IMG/VR virus record: IMGVR_UViG_3300042907_001080
Span: 1-64,000 of that record
DNA length: 64,000 nt
Reading direction: 5' to 3' (one strand)
In this document: positions 46,228 to 56,519 of the stretch, in pieces
Position numbering within the stretch: the first letter of the stretch is position 1
Layout of the letters: every line of letters starts with the position of its first letter
Program-made: the position numbers and the translations under genes
The notes under the pieces: generated by a model
Databases searched by the model: none
Told to the model about the DNA's origin: nothing
The model's input: only the letters and a program-made list of their open reading frames with translations

Positions 46228-49200
46228 TTAAATTTCTCCTGTGTTCTTGATACGCAATGGAATGTAAATGAACTCAATGGCTTTCACTGGCTCTATGGCG
46301 ATATCAACATAAAGTTCGTTGCGATCGATACGAGACGGAGTATTATTGCTTTCATCACACACAACCGCAAAGTCGTAGATTGCTCTCAAGCCTACCAATT
46401 CCAACAATAGGCTTTCTGCCGCTTGTTTGATTTCATCTCTGGTAATCTTGTCGTTGGGTTCGAACAAATATGGACGAGCCAACTTGTTCAACTGGCTACG
46501 TAGATATACTACCAATCGTGCTACGTTGATACGATCTAGTGCTGATGCATTTCTTGCACGAGTCTTTTGACCGTAAGCCACAAGTCCTACTCCGTTGAAG
46601 AATGGAATTGGATTGACCTTTAATTCATATAGTGTATCACGTTGGCCTTCGTTGAGTGCTACAGTTTGGAACTCACCTGTGGCAGCATCAATATAACCCA
46701 CTGCTGTGGCATTTGTAATACCGCCACGACGTGTTCCTGCTGGTGCAAACCATGGGAAGCTGACATTATCGCTGAGTGCGATAGTCTTCAGCATCATGTG
46801 ACTTGCTGGAACCACTGCATTAGAACCACTTAGGTCAGTGGTAAATCCATTTGGATAGTATGTAGCCAAGTATTCATCATAGGTTACAATGCCGTCATCG
46901 CCGTTGTCTGTGACTAATTCTGCATTAGTTCCCCAGTTGTTCAATGATGTAGCATCTGCAGGCAATCTCAATGGAGTATCACCTATGACAAATGCTGTGA
47001 TACCTCTGTCAATGTTAAGATTAACTAGATTGCTCATTGTTTCTGGATATCCTGGGCAAGCTATGATGTTGAAGTTTCTGCGTTCTTCATCACGGATCTC
47101 TTGACTTGTGTCAATCACCGACTTCAAGGCCTGTGTAACTACCTTGCGTTGTGCTTTGCGACCAAAACTGCCTGATCCGTCTTCGTTGTTGCCTGACGCT
47201 GTAACCCAACGATCTGGATAGTAGCTTTCCATAGTTTGGCCTGAACCGCTAACAAATGGGTCACCGTTATTAGTACCGCCAGATTGGCTTGTGCGTGGAT
47301 TATCTGTAGCAGTATCAATATAGTTGTTGCGATATTGCTTAACGTTGCCGCCGCTACGTCTTAGATTCCACAGCAACATACCTTTTGGATATAGTGCTGG
47401 ATCTGGAGCATCTGGGTCTAGGAAGTTGTTGGTAATCAAGTCGGCAATGTCATCACTAGGTGCTGTAGTAGCTGTACCACCACTTGTACCTTGACGAGCA
47501 TCTGCAAACAGCACACCTTCTTCTGTGGTTTGATCTGTCTTATCAACCAATTCCCAACGCAGTGTAACATCACCGATGTCGGTCAAATTGCTGTTGTATC
47601 TATAAATTGTTGGGAAGTTTTCTAGATCAGCTGTGCTGATCCACAAATCACCTGTGACAGTAACGCCTGACACATATGGATTGCTGGCAGCTACTATTGG
47701 TAAGTAACCGGTTCTCTTTGTCAACGCTGTGTCGTCAGTTTGATTAAAATATGGTGCTGTGCTGTGTCTATATCCCACCCATGTGTTGCCATTATGAACC
47801 ATAATGTCAACATCAGCAAAGTTAGGATTGTACCATAGTTGTTGATCTGCTGCTTCATTCAATGGAGCATCTGGACTGGCTGAGAATCTTGGATCTTGTG
47901 CGGCTAACGGCTGATAACCTGAAGCTAGATAGTCTTGTGCAGCACCTGCAGCAAGATCTTCTGCGCCTGCAGCACCACTACCCAATGAAATATTGTAGAA
48001 GTTTTCTGTGCCAGCTCTGGTCTTGATGTTGTATGGAGTGAATAGAGTCGACAATGGATTACCTGTGCTGTCTGTGAGTCTAAAATCGCCACCGTCATTG
48101 TGAGTAATTACCAATCTGCTCTGTGTTAGGGTAATCTGCACCACAGAGGCTTCGATGTTTGTGAAGCCGGCTGCGTTGATAGCAGCAGCAAACTTGTCTG
48201 CATCGCTGTTGTCGCCTGTAGGCGCATTTCCCGCGGCTGTTGACAAAGTAATGGTTTTGGCAGCATCTAGAGCCAACTGTCCTACTATGCTTTCAGCCAA
48301 GGTAAATGTTCTAGTAGAAGCAGCGGTAAAGGTTCCACTTTTGATAATGTTGGATGTAATGCTGGTGCCCTGACCTATACCTATATGTCTATACCACATA
48401 CGGAATTCAGCTGTGTCTGGAGTTGCGTCAAATCCACTGTGTTCTTGTGCATTGCTCTGTACAAACACTGTATCTGCTGAGATGTTAGCACCACCTCCAC
48501 TGCGATCTAGATAGTAAAGTGCAGCATTGGTAGATGCATATATAGGAGCTTCTGATGCTACCCACGATAATGTAGCTGAACTCCACTGCTTGGCTCTCCA
48601 TCTAGCGCCGTTGTTTGGCTCTGTGGTTTTAATCCATACAGACCCTGTAGCATATCCCTGCAATGAGGTTGGGTTATCACTGCGCTTGTAAGTCGGCACA
48701 TCTGTGTGCGGTGATTGTTGCAGTTTAGGGCTGAGGTATAATCCGGTGTCAATGCCAATGGTGCTCCAGCTTGCTGTGCCATTTTCTAACTTTATCTGTC
48801 CATCAGCAGACAATGCACTGTCTCCAACTTCAACATTAGTGTTTTCTCCTAATGATCTACCATCGGAATAGATGTATAACTTATTACCCAACATCTTTGC
48901 TGTTACACCCACGATACCGGGTGAATTGATGTTGTTTGCGATTTGTGTTAAAGTTCCTGCAGTAATTTGTTGGGCGTTAACGAATAAAGTGCCCGACAGT
49001 GTTCCCGAGTATGTGTTACTTACTGCTACTGGCCAGCTGGCTTTCCACGCATTGGAACCTATCAATACCCATTCGCCTGCATCAACTGGTGTGCCGCCGG
49101 CACTTACCCCGCCATTGCCTGGAGACTTGTAATATATTCTTGCCAAGTCATTTGCAGTTGTATATGCAGCAGCTTCACCTACAGTTTGAAATACTACTGC

Positions 49201-49782
49201 ATAATCTCCGATCTGTCCTACAGATGTTTTAGGAGCATTGTTTTCAATTTTAGAAGGACTGTCTGCATCTGTTAGCACTAACGGTACTTTGTTAGTAAAT
49301 TTCTGTCCGCCGGCTGTTGATGCTGCGGCACTGTTCCACTCTTGGATACCCCAAGTTGTGGCCTGTGTGTCCATCCACCATTTGCCGTTTACAGGGTTCG
49401 CTCCCGGGGCATCTACTTCTGCTGCGAGTTGGTCTAGATCTACATCAGCTCGAACAATAAATGCCGCGTTGCTTACACCTAGCAAACTATAGGCTGCTAA
49501 TAGTCCATATTCGTTGCGCTCTGAACCATGGATAGGAGTTGAACTCGCTGTCTGTTCAAAGAACGGAATCCCAAAAAGATCTGTGAGATCTCTCTGACTC
49601 GTAATTTTAAATGCCTTGCCAGCATTTGCTTTGGTTGTTGCTGAAGCTGTGTTTGTTCCAGCTCCGTTTGTTTTATCTTGGGCTGTAGCTACGACGATAA
49701 GAGGAACCGTACCAGGTTCTGCTGGTGTATAAAAACTCTCGTCGATTACCGTAACTTGTACGCCTGGTGATGTTAGTGCCAT
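46228..49782 (-). CDS. tail sheath protein (T4 gp18-like), 1184 aa
   Basis: MALTSPGVQVTVIDES start; C-terminal PWFAPAG, KVNPI, GQKT, DRINVARL, IAIEPVKAIEFI; TAAATA and SD AGGAG upstream. Confidence 0.93.
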   Translation of the reverse strand: MALTSPGVQVTVIDESFYTPAEPGTVPLIVVATAQDKTNGAGTNTASATTKANAGKAFKITSQRDLTDLFGIPFFEQTASSTPIHGSERNEYGLLAAYSLLGVSNAAFIVRADVDLDQLAAEVDAPGANPVNGKWWMDTQATTWGIQEWNSAAASTAGGQKFTNKVPLVLTDADSPSKIENNAPKTSVGQIGDYAVVFQTVGEAAAYTTANDLARIYYKSPGNGGVSAGGTPVDAGEWVLIGSNAWKASWPVAVSNTYSGTLSGTLFVNAQQITAGTLTQIANNINSPGIVGVTAKMLGNKLYIYSDGRSLGENTNVEVGDSALSADGQIKLENGTASWSTIGIDTGLYLSPKLQQSPHTDVPTYKRSDNPTSLQGYATGSVWIKTTEPNNGARWRAKQWSSATLSWVASEAPIYASTNAALYYLDRSGGGANISADTVFVQSNAQEHSGFDATPDTAEFRMWYRHIGIGQGTSITSNIIKSGTFTAASTRTFTLAESIVGQLALDAAKTITLSTAAGNAPTGDNSDADKFAAAINAAGFTNIEASVVQITLTQSRLVITHNDGGDFRLTDSTGNPLSTLFTPYNIKTRAGTENFYNISLGSGAAGAEDLAAGAAQDYLASGYQPLAAQDPRFSASPDAPLNEAADQQLWYNPNFADVDIMVHNGNTWVGYRHSTAPYFNQTDDTALTKRTGYLPIVAASNPYVSGVTVTGDLWISTADLENFPTIYRYNSNLTDIGDVTLRWELVDKTDQTTEEGVLFADARQGTSGGTATTAPSDDIADLITNNFLDPDAPDPALYPKGMLLWNLRRSGGNVKQYRNNYIDTATDNPRTSQSGGTNNGDPFVSGSGQTMESYYPDRWVTASGNNEDGSGSFGRKAQRKVVTQALKSVIDTSQEIRDEERRNFNIIACPGYPETMSNLVNLNIDRGITAFVIGDTPLRLPADATSLNNWGTNAELVTDNGDDGIVTYDEYLATYYPNGFTTDLSGSNAVVPASHMMLKTIALSDNVSFPWFAPAGTRRGGITNATAVGYIDAATGEFQTVALNEGQRDTLYELKVNPIPFFNGVGLVAYGQKTRARNASALDRINVARLVVYLRSQLNKLARPYLFEPNDKITRDEIKQAAESLLLELVGLRAIYDFAVVCDESNNTPSRIDRNELYVDIAIEPVKAIEFIYIPLRIKNTGEI

Positions 49783-49886
49783 ATCGCCTATTCTCCTGGT
49801 AATAGTTGCTCATAATATTTAGCATACTATTCCAAAAACAGCAAGTTAGGCACCGAACAAAAGGGGTCTAAAAGGGTAAATATCAA

Positions 49887-50225
49887 ATGCGACCACTATG
49901 CAAGGCCTGCGCACAGCGACCTAGAGCCATTAATTACTACAAAGACACTCGTGCCTATTACAGAACACTGTGTGAAATCTGTCTAGCACACGGTGCAAGT
50001 GCTCATGTTCCACGTTGGCAACGAGCAGGATACAAACCCAAACCCGTGTGTGAAAAATGCGGGTTTCGATCTCAACACGCCGAAGTATTTCGAGTGTTTC
50101 ATGTAGATGAAAATCTCAACAACTGCAGACCCTCAAATCTCAAAACCGTGTGCTTGAACTGCGCTGCTATCTTAGGCAAAGAGGGTATAACTTGGAGGCA
50201 AGGCGATCTTATTGCTGACTACTAG
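49887..50225 (+). CDS. HNH endonuclease-like protein with Cys-x2-Cys zinc ribbons
   Basis: CKAC, CEIC, CEKC, VFHVDENLNNCRPSNLKTVCLNC; TAAATA 4 nt before ATG. Confidence 0.75.
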   Translation: MRPLCKACAQRPRAINYYKDTRAYYRTLCEICLAHGASAHVPRWQRAGYKPKPVCEKCGFRSQHAEVFRVFHVDENLNNCRPSNLKTVCLNCAAILGKEGITWRQGDLIADY

Positions 50226-50828
50226 GTTTGCACTCTGCTCGTAAAGTTCATCGATGCTGCCATTGTTGTCGATGATCTTGTCAAAATCACTGCCCAGCCA
50301 TGCCCATTCCGATGCATGTATTTTACGCATCTTCATGGCGTTTAGCCCTACATTATTGCCTTGATTGGCGCTGATAGCATCCTCATACCAGTCAGGCAAC
50401 TCACCACGCTGCACCCAAACAATTTGGCCGCCTGCATCTTTAATTGATTTAATTTCATTGGGGAAACGGCAGTCTGAAATTACAATATGATCTTTGCTGA
50501 GACGCAGTTTGTTTTCTAATGAAGCAATCCATATGTCGTCGTGGAACGACCTACGACAGACTTCTGTTCCCCAGTATTGTAGAACCCATCTAGGAGTTAA
50601 TGTGGGCATGTCTAAACGTGCTGCCCACCAAGGATCTACTTGTTCACGCCATTCTCGAGCCTGTGCTGTGCGCCCTTCCAGCATGGTTCGATCCCAGCCA
50701 AACACGCTGGCCACGGCATCTTTGAGTGTTGAAGCAAAACTTTCTCTGCGAAATTCGTGAAAATTAACTAGATAGTCGGCTACAGTGTCTTTGCCCGAGC
50801 CTATGAAACCGCATACACCTATAATCAT
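50172..50828 (-). CDS. deoxynucleoside monophosphate kinase (T4 gp1-like)
   Basis: GFIGSGKDT, SFASTLKD, PRWVLQYWGTE, ISDCRFPNE, HASE. Confidence 0.9.
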   Translation of the reverse strand: MIIGVCGFIGSGKDTVADYLVNFHEFRRESFASTLKDAVASVFGWDRTMLEGRTAQAREWREQVDPWWAARLDMPTLTPRWVLQYWGTEVCRRSFHDDIWIASLENKLRLSKDHIVISDCRFPNEIKSIKDAGGQIVWVQRGELPDWYEDAISANQGNNVGLNAMKMRKIHASEWAWLGSDFDKIIDNNGSIDELYEQSANLVVSNKIALPPSYTLFA

Positions 50829-50848
50829 AAATTGTCCCCTTTAGAACA

Positions 50849-50877
50849 ATTATAATATAGATTAGTTATAAGGTCAA
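50849..50877 (-). promoter_or_regulatory. sigma70-type promoter for dNMP kinase
   Basis: TTGACC-17 nt-TATAAT; SD AAGGGG. Confidence 0.85.
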
Positions 50878-51632
50878 CCAGTTATCCAGGTATATCCGCT
50901 GCCGCCGGGAACCAATTTCATCAGATCGTCGGTGAGTTTTTCCATCTCAGTTTGACCTTCTGTGATCAGTGCTGTACCATTGAGTTGAGTACCACCCTGC
51001 GGACCTGCGATCTGTCCAAACTTGCTTCGAGCCTGTCCTAGCATCATTTTGCAGTTGGCTAACGCATAGTCTTTGATCCACTGTCCGGAATACACATCAT
51101 CAATAATCACAAAGTCAGGTCGGCTATTGTATACCTGCAACATCACAGATTCTTCGCCGCGAGGACGTTGATGTATGATCAGCTTGTGACTCTGTGGATG
51201 CCATGTGTAGTTAATAAATGAACCAAACATCTTGCCTACCAATTCTTGATACTGTGCAAACAGTTCATAGGTTAGCAAGCCGCCCATATTCGTTGAACTC
51301 AACAAATAGGTATTGGCATAGGCCAAGTTAAATGGCTCAAACACCGTTCCACCCGTTCCATTACCCGTTCTTGATCCCACCGATCTGCGGAATATCTGTC
51401 GAACCTGCTGTATTTCTTTGGGCAGGATATATTCGTTGGTGCTTTCTGTGAGGGTTAAAAACGCATAACTTTCTTCCACAGCGTTGTCGCTACGCTGACG
51501 GAAAACTGCTAGAGCACGATTAAGTGCTGTGTCGTAGTGGATGGGATCTAGTTCTACATCTACCATACCATCGCCTAGCATGGTTTTGCAGTAGTTGTAT
51601 ACGGAATTTTTGGCTTGATCTGATGTGCTCAT
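50874..51632 (-). CDS. neck protein (T4 gp13-like)
   Basis: LG...VDVEL, WIKDYALA..K...G..RSKF, PQGGTQLNG motifs; divergent from gp14-like gene. Confidence 0.8.
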   Translation of the reverse strand: MSTSDQAKNSVYNYCKTMLGDGMVDVELDPIHYDTALNRALAVFRQRSDNAVEESYAFLTLTESTNEYILPKEIQQVRQIFRRSVGSRTGNGTGGTVFEPFNLAYANTYLLSSTNMGGLLTYELFAQYQELVGKMFGSFINYTWHPQSHKLIIHQRPRGEESVMLQVYNSRPDFVIIDDVYSGQWIKDYALANCKMMLGQARSKFGQIAGPQGGTQLNGTALITEGQTEMEKLTDDLMKLVPGGSGYTWITG

Positions 51633-51659
51633 ACGAGTATTTATCGTAGCGGTAAATAT

Positions 51660-53057
51660 ATGACTATGCCAAGACTCAGTTTATACCGGCCCGAAAAGGG
51701 CAACGATTTCCGCTTTATTGATAAAACCGCCTGGGAAATGTTCCAAGTTGGCGGCACAGATGTGCTGGTGCACAGATATATAGGTCCTGGCACGGCCATA
51801 CAAGGCGATAGTCCTAGCACTCCTACCTACGCCACTGATAACGTAGCAAACATACAGGATCTGTTATTTTTAGAAAATCGAGATCGCAAATATGATCCTG
51901 ATGTTTATGTCATGCGCGGTGTATACAATATATCTGATATCGATTTTAATCTCAGCCAGTTTGGCCTGTTCCTACAGAATGACACTATTTTTATCACATT
52001 CCATATCACCGATACTGTAGAAAAACTAGGTCGTAAAATTATAGCAGGGGATGTGATAGAACTGCCGCATCTCAAAGACGAATACGCTTTGAATGATTTA
52101 ACTTTTGCCTTGAAACGTTTCTTTGTGATTGAAGAAGTTAGTAGAGCAGCGGAAGGATTTTCAGCCACATGGTATCCACATTTATATCGTGCCAAGTGCA
52201 AACCATTAGTAGACAGTCAAGAATTCAAACAGATTCTAGACGACATTGCAGACCGAGAATTCTTCAAAGGCACTTATAATTCAACCATAACTTACTATCC
52301 CGGCGATGTTGTATTAGCCGACAATGGCAAAAAATATCAAGTCATACAAGAAGTCACTGGTGTGGCTCCGCCTAATAATACCTATTATGCATTGGCAGAT
52401 ACATTGCGAGATGTGATCAGTACCTATGAAAAAGAAATGCAGATCACTGCCGCGGTGTTAGATCAAGCAGAAGCAGACGCACCACGCAGCGGTTACGATA
52501 CCAGCAAGTATTATACTCTACAGAGAACCAACGACGGTACCGCAGAATTAGCCAGTGTAGATGCATCGTTGGTGACTGTTGACGCAGCTACACAAGCCAC
52601 TGATGAAAATGGAGTTCCCCAATTTGACTCAGATGGTAATCCAATATTTGTTGGTCAGACTGCTAGCTCGGTGATATTACCGGCGGATGGTGATGGCTAT
52701 GAAGGTTATCTAACCAAAGACGGTTTACCTCCTAACGGTGCTCCATTTACCGCAGGCATTTCTTTTCCAAACAATCCTGTTAATGGACAATTTGCACTGC
52801 GAACAGATTATCTTCCTAACAGACTGTTTAGATTTGACGGAGTAAGATGGCGCAAGTTTGAAGACAATGTGCGCACGACTATGAGCAATCTTGGAGCCAG
52901 TGATGTAGCAGCCGGCGAACCTTTTGCAGACAAAGATGTGCGTCAGACACAAAAATCTACATTCATAAACAATCCCACTGTGAACACCATAGACGGTCAC
53001 ACAGTTAAAGAAAAGCAGAGTCTCAGCAAGGCTCTAAGACCTGAGGCAGACCTATAA
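51660..53057 (+). CDS. neck protein (T4 gp14-like) with inserted and C-terminal extra domains
   Basis: LLFLENRDRKY, SQFGLFL, GDVIELP; start may be ATG 51666. Confidence 0.7.
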   Translation: MTMPRLSLYRPEKGNDFRFIDKTAWEMFQVGGTDVLVHRYIGPGTAIQGDSPSTPTYATDNVANIQDLLFLENRDRKYDPDVYVMRGVYNISDIDFNLSQFGLFLQNDTIFITFHITDTVEKLGRKIIAGDVIELPHLKDEYALNDLTFALKRFFVIEEVSRAAEGFSATWYPHLYRAKCKPLVDSQEFKQILDDIADREFFKGTYNSTITYYPGDVVLADNGKKYQVIQEVTGVAPPNNTYYALADTLRDVISTYEKEMQITAAVLDQAEADAPRSGYDTSKYYTLQRTNDGTAELASVDASLVTVDAATQATDENGVPQFDSDGNPIFVGQTASSVILPADGDGYEGYLTKDGLPPNGAPFTAGISFPNNPVNGQFALRTDYLPNRLFRFDGVRWRKFEDNVRTTMSNLGASDVAAGEPFADKDVRQTQKSTFINNPTVNTIDGHTVKEKQSLSKALRPEADL

Positions 53058-54634
53058 TGGATTTTCACTACGACGGACAGATACGACGGTATGTCACGCA
53101 GTTCATGCGTGTGTTCATTGGATTTAAATATCAAGCAGGCGATGGCGAACAACGACAGATTCCTGTAATGTATGGCGATTTGACCAGACAGGTAGCCAGC
53201 ATTATCAAAGATAATTCTGAAAACAAAATGCCTACGGTGCCGAGAATAGCTTGTTATATCACAGGCATTGAGATGGATACTAACAGGCTCAGTGATCCCA
53301 CATTCGTGTCTAAGATACATGTGAGAGAACGCAGATTCACAGACGCCAGTGGCACAAGAGAATATTCGGGCGCACAGGGCGGCAATTACACTGTTGAAAG
53401 GCTCATGCCTACTCCATTCAAACTGACCATGAAAGCTGATATATGGACATCCAACACCGATCAAAAATTACAGTTGTTGGAACAGATATTAGTGCTGTTT
53501 AATCCCAGTTTAGAACTACAGACCACTGACAATTATATAGACTGGACCAGTCTCAGCGCCATGTATCTAACCGGCACTAATTTTTCCAGTAGGACAATAC
53601 CTCAAGGCGCAGAATCAGATATAGACATCTGCAGTCTTGATTTTGAAATGCCTGTGTATATATCACCACCGGCCAAGGTCAAAAAACTAGGCATAGTTCA
53701 AAGCATAATAGCCAATGTGTTCACAGAACAGGGCGATGTGATGGATCTTTCAGATCTAATATACAACACTTCTCAATCCAGTATGACCCTAGTTACTAAA
53801 ACTTATGGTAATTATCGAGTGTTACTGTTCAAATCTAACACAGGAACAGTCAATGATAATCAATATGATCTCACACTCGTGAATCCATTAGATGCTGTGC
53901 AGTCATTGGGGCTGAGTCAGAAAGAATTTAAAAATGGCGAACCGGTAGAGTGGTCAAAGATTCTAGAGATACAAGGCGGCTATGTGCCGGGCAGTGAGAT
54001 ATGGTTCAAAAAAGCCAGTGGCTATGAGATTGTGGGCACGTTTGTGATCAATCCTCTAGACCAGACTGTTCTCACGGTGACTTTAGATGCAGACACATAT
54101 CCTGCCAATGACGACATTGCCAGTAGTATCCCCGGCATAGCTGCTAGAGGCACGGTAGATGCTATCATAGATCCTTACAAGTATAATCCGTTAGAAGTCT
54201 ATGGATCATACTCGCAGATACCAGTAGGTTTAAGATTCTTGATGTTAGACGATGTCAACAACAGTGAGAATCGTGGAGGTTACATTAACCTTCCTTCTAA
54301 TCCTGCAGACAGCACAAACATACCATATAGAGGTCCGCAGGCCTGGCGTGATCCTAGTAATAACGATTCATCATGGGAAAATCAAGACGGCACGGATCCT
54401 GTGATCACAGCCAACTCTATTGTAGAGTGGACTGGGCAAACCTGGGCCACAATTTGGAATCCTGAAGATCATACATTGGAAGATGCAGCTATTGCAGGTG
54501 AAGATTTCTCACCCACACATATTCAAAATATCCGCACAGGCATCAAATACAAATGGGATGGCACTCAATGGCTCAAAGCATTTGAAGGTGAATATCTGCC
54601 AGGAGAGTGGAACTTCAAGACAGTGGGCGGATAA
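53057..54634 (+). CDS. tail terminator / sheath stabiliser (T4 gp15-like) with C-terminal extension
   Basis: FHYDGQIRRY, IPVMYG, LQLLEQILVLFNP. Confidence 0.8.
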   Translation: MDFHYDGQIRRYVTQFMRVFIGFKYQAGDGEQRQIPVMYGDLTRQVASIIKDNSENKMPTVPRIACYITGIEMDTNRLSDPTFVSKIHVRERRFTDASGTREYSGAQGGNYTVERLMPTPFKLTMKADIWTSNTDQKLQLLEQILVLFNPSLELQTTDNYIDWTSLSAMYLTGTNFSSRTIPQGAESDIDICSLDFEMPVYISPPAKVKKLGIVQSIIANVFTEQGDVMDLSDLIYNTSQSSMTLVTKTYGNYRVLLFKSNTGTVNDNQYDLTLVNPLDAVQSLGLSQKEFKNGEPVEWSKILEIQGGYVPGSEIWFKKASGYEIVGTFVINPLDQTVLTVTLDADTYPANDDIASSIPGIAARGTVDAIIDPYKYNPLEVYGSYSQIPVGLRFLMLDDVNNSENRGGYINLPSNPADSTNIPYRGPQAWRDPSNNDSSWENQDGTDPVITANSIVEWTGQTWATIWNPEDHTLEDAAIAGEDFSPTHIQNIRTGIKYKWDGTQWLKAFEGEYLPGEWNFKTVGG

Positions 54635-54642
54635 GTATCTGC

Positions 54643-55038
54643 ATGCAACAGCGTGCCGGATTATTATTTTTAGCTAAAACCACAGGTCGCATATTTCTAA
54701 TCTTAGATGATGAGCGATGGACTGTGCCTACCTTTCAACGCAATAACAGTCTTCTAGAGGATGCAGACGCATTGTTAACTCAATACGCACAGGGGCGTAT
54801 AGTTCCTATCGAACTGTATCTATCTGAAGATCGCGGGTTTGAGTATGGCACCTATGTGTGCGTGGTCGATCAAGAGTTTTTGACTATGGCGTCAAAGACT
54901 GTATGCTGGGCTGATTTAGATTGCCTTCCCAAACAACTACACTCGGGATTGAGAACTACATTAAATAATCAAGTAATACGTGTGAAAATAGAAACCATAT
55001 TGGAGTTAGAAAATGTCAAGTCTGTTACAAAAATCTAG
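54643..55038 (+). CDS. Nudix-fold protein lacking the Nudix box
   Basis: AGLLF...RIFLI...WTVP start and CW..L..LP..LH.GL end typical of Nudix, but no GX5EX7REUXEEXGU; TAAGTA 5 nt before ATG 54643. Confidence 0.5.
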   Translation: MQQRAGLLFLAKTTGRIFLILDDERWTVPTFQRNNSLLEDADALLTQYAQGRIVPIELYLSEDRGFEYGTYVCVVDQEFLTMASKTVCWADLDCLPKQLHSGLRTTLNNQVIRVKIETILELENVKSVTKI

Positions 55039-55291
55039 TAGATTCCAGGAAGATTATGAGCGATATCGCACAGCCATCGACACAATGCCTGATGGTGCAG
55101 CTAAACAAGAATCTCAACAACTATTGAATAAACTTGTTGCAGAAATAAAAAAATTAGATAGCATGCATATGGAAATGATCTACAGTCGTCAGCTACCTAC
55201 CATGGGCAGTGAAATGAAACAAGATATCACAGCTATAAGAAAAAAATTAGAAACTAGAATCAGAGACTGGTCACAGGCACAAAAAAACTAA
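55013..55291 (+). CDS. small helical hypothetical protein
   Basis: 92-aa ORF, coupled. Confidence 0.7.
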   Translation: MSSLLQKSSRFQEDYERYRTAIDTMPDGAAKQESQQLLNKLVAEIKKLDSMHMEMIYSRQLPTMGSEMKQDITAIRKKLETRIRDWSQAQKN

Positions 55292-55298
55292 ACAAAAT

Positions 55299-55826
55299 TT
55301 ATTGAGCATTGTGCAAAATTGTTCCTTTTAGAACCCAACTTACACTTATACGTCTAGGTTTAGTTGACGCAATCGGTCTATGACTTAGATTAGAATCAAA
55401 AAATATGCCTGTGTTTTCTTTGTGGAAACATTTTTGATGTTCAAATTCAGTCCCGCCATTGCTATCATCTACATAATAAAGTAAACTATATGTTCCAGGT
55501 AATTTATAAGAGTTATCATTATGCCAGGCAGTGACCTGACCAGCAGTGTAAAAATTTATCATACAGTGATTTAAAAAATCAATTTTAAACCATTCTTTAT
55601 TTTGATCTAACCATCGATCAAGAACATAGGTCAATGATTCTACTCTGTTCCAATTATTGATGTTTTGTTGTTTATTAAATGTTAACTTACCAAATGCCGC
55701 CTTTTCTAAATCGATTTCACCGGTTGCATAACTTGGAAAATTCCAATCTAACATCGGATTTAATACTTGTTCTTTAACTATAGAATGCAACCATTCGTCT
55801 GTGAATTTGTTATACTGTTTAATCAT
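55299..55826 (-). CDS. 2OG-Fe(II) oxygenase (HxD...H type)
   Basis: TAWHND, SLLYYVDDSNGGTEF, LSHRP, RISVSW. Confidence 0.8.
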   Translation of the reverse strand: MIKQYNKFTDEWLHSIVKEQVLNPMLDWNFPSYATGEIDLEKAAFGKLTFNKQQNINNWNRVESLTYVLDRWLDQNKEWFKIDFLNHCMINFYTAGQVTAWHNDNSYKLPGTYSLLYYVDDSNGGTEFEHQKCFHKENTGIFFDSNLSHRPIASTKPRRISVSWVLKGTILHNAQ

Positions 55827-56509
55827 TTTTGCAATCGTTGTCGTTCTATCAACACATTCAAATTGTCTTTGGGCTCAAATTTTAATGTTGGAGCATCTAA
55901 ATTTAAAAAACTGGTCTTATCTAATAGGCCTATTGTTCCATTCACCCAAGTGTTAAAAGATAAACTTATCCTATCAGTGTCAGCTATTGATCTCATTACA
56001 GAATGTTCTAAGTAGGACGGAAATATCAATAATGTTCCTTGTTTGATTTCAACTGTGGTGCTATGAGTGTTATATTGATTATATTTGATAGGAAACATCT
56101 TTAATGAGCCCCAAACACAATTTTTATCTACGTGAAATTCAATAGGTGCAGGATCCTCTGTGAAATATAGAACTCCGCTGACAATGCTATTCACATGATG
56201 ATGTTGATAATGATATGCACCTGTTGTGGTACGATTCAACCAACTGATAGTAGGAAACAACTGATTAGATATAGACATTACCTCTCGAGCATATAGATTC
56301 AACTGTGTTTGCACAAAATCACATACTCTTGACATTTCAGGTAAATGTATGATATCAAATCTATCCGATCCTACACATCTTCCTGGTTCATCTTTGTATC
56401 GAGAATACAAAGATGACTGTTTTACAAATTCTAATTCTTCGTTGGTGAATCCTTGTATCTCTGCAACAAATAATGGAGTTGGAAATAACGGAATAACATC
56501 ATGTGTCAT
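55823..56509 (-). CDS. putative 2OG-Fe(II) oxygenase (TIGR02466-like)
   Basis: HYQHHHVNSIVSGVLY, IFPSYLEHSV, RISLSFN. Confidence 0.8.
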   Translation of the reverse strand: MTHDVIPLFPTPLFVAEIQGFTNEELEFVKQSSLYSRYKDEPGRCVGSDRFDIIHLPEMSRVCDFVQTQLNLYAREVMSISNQLFPTISWLNRTTTGAYHYQHHHVNSIVSGVLYFTEDPAPIEFHVDKNCVWGSLKMFPIKYNQYNTHSTTVEIKQGTLLIFPSYLEHSVMRSIADTDRISLSFNTWVNGTIGLLDKTSFLNLDAPTLKFEPKDNLNVLIERQRLQK

Positions 56510-56519
56510 AGAAACCGCC

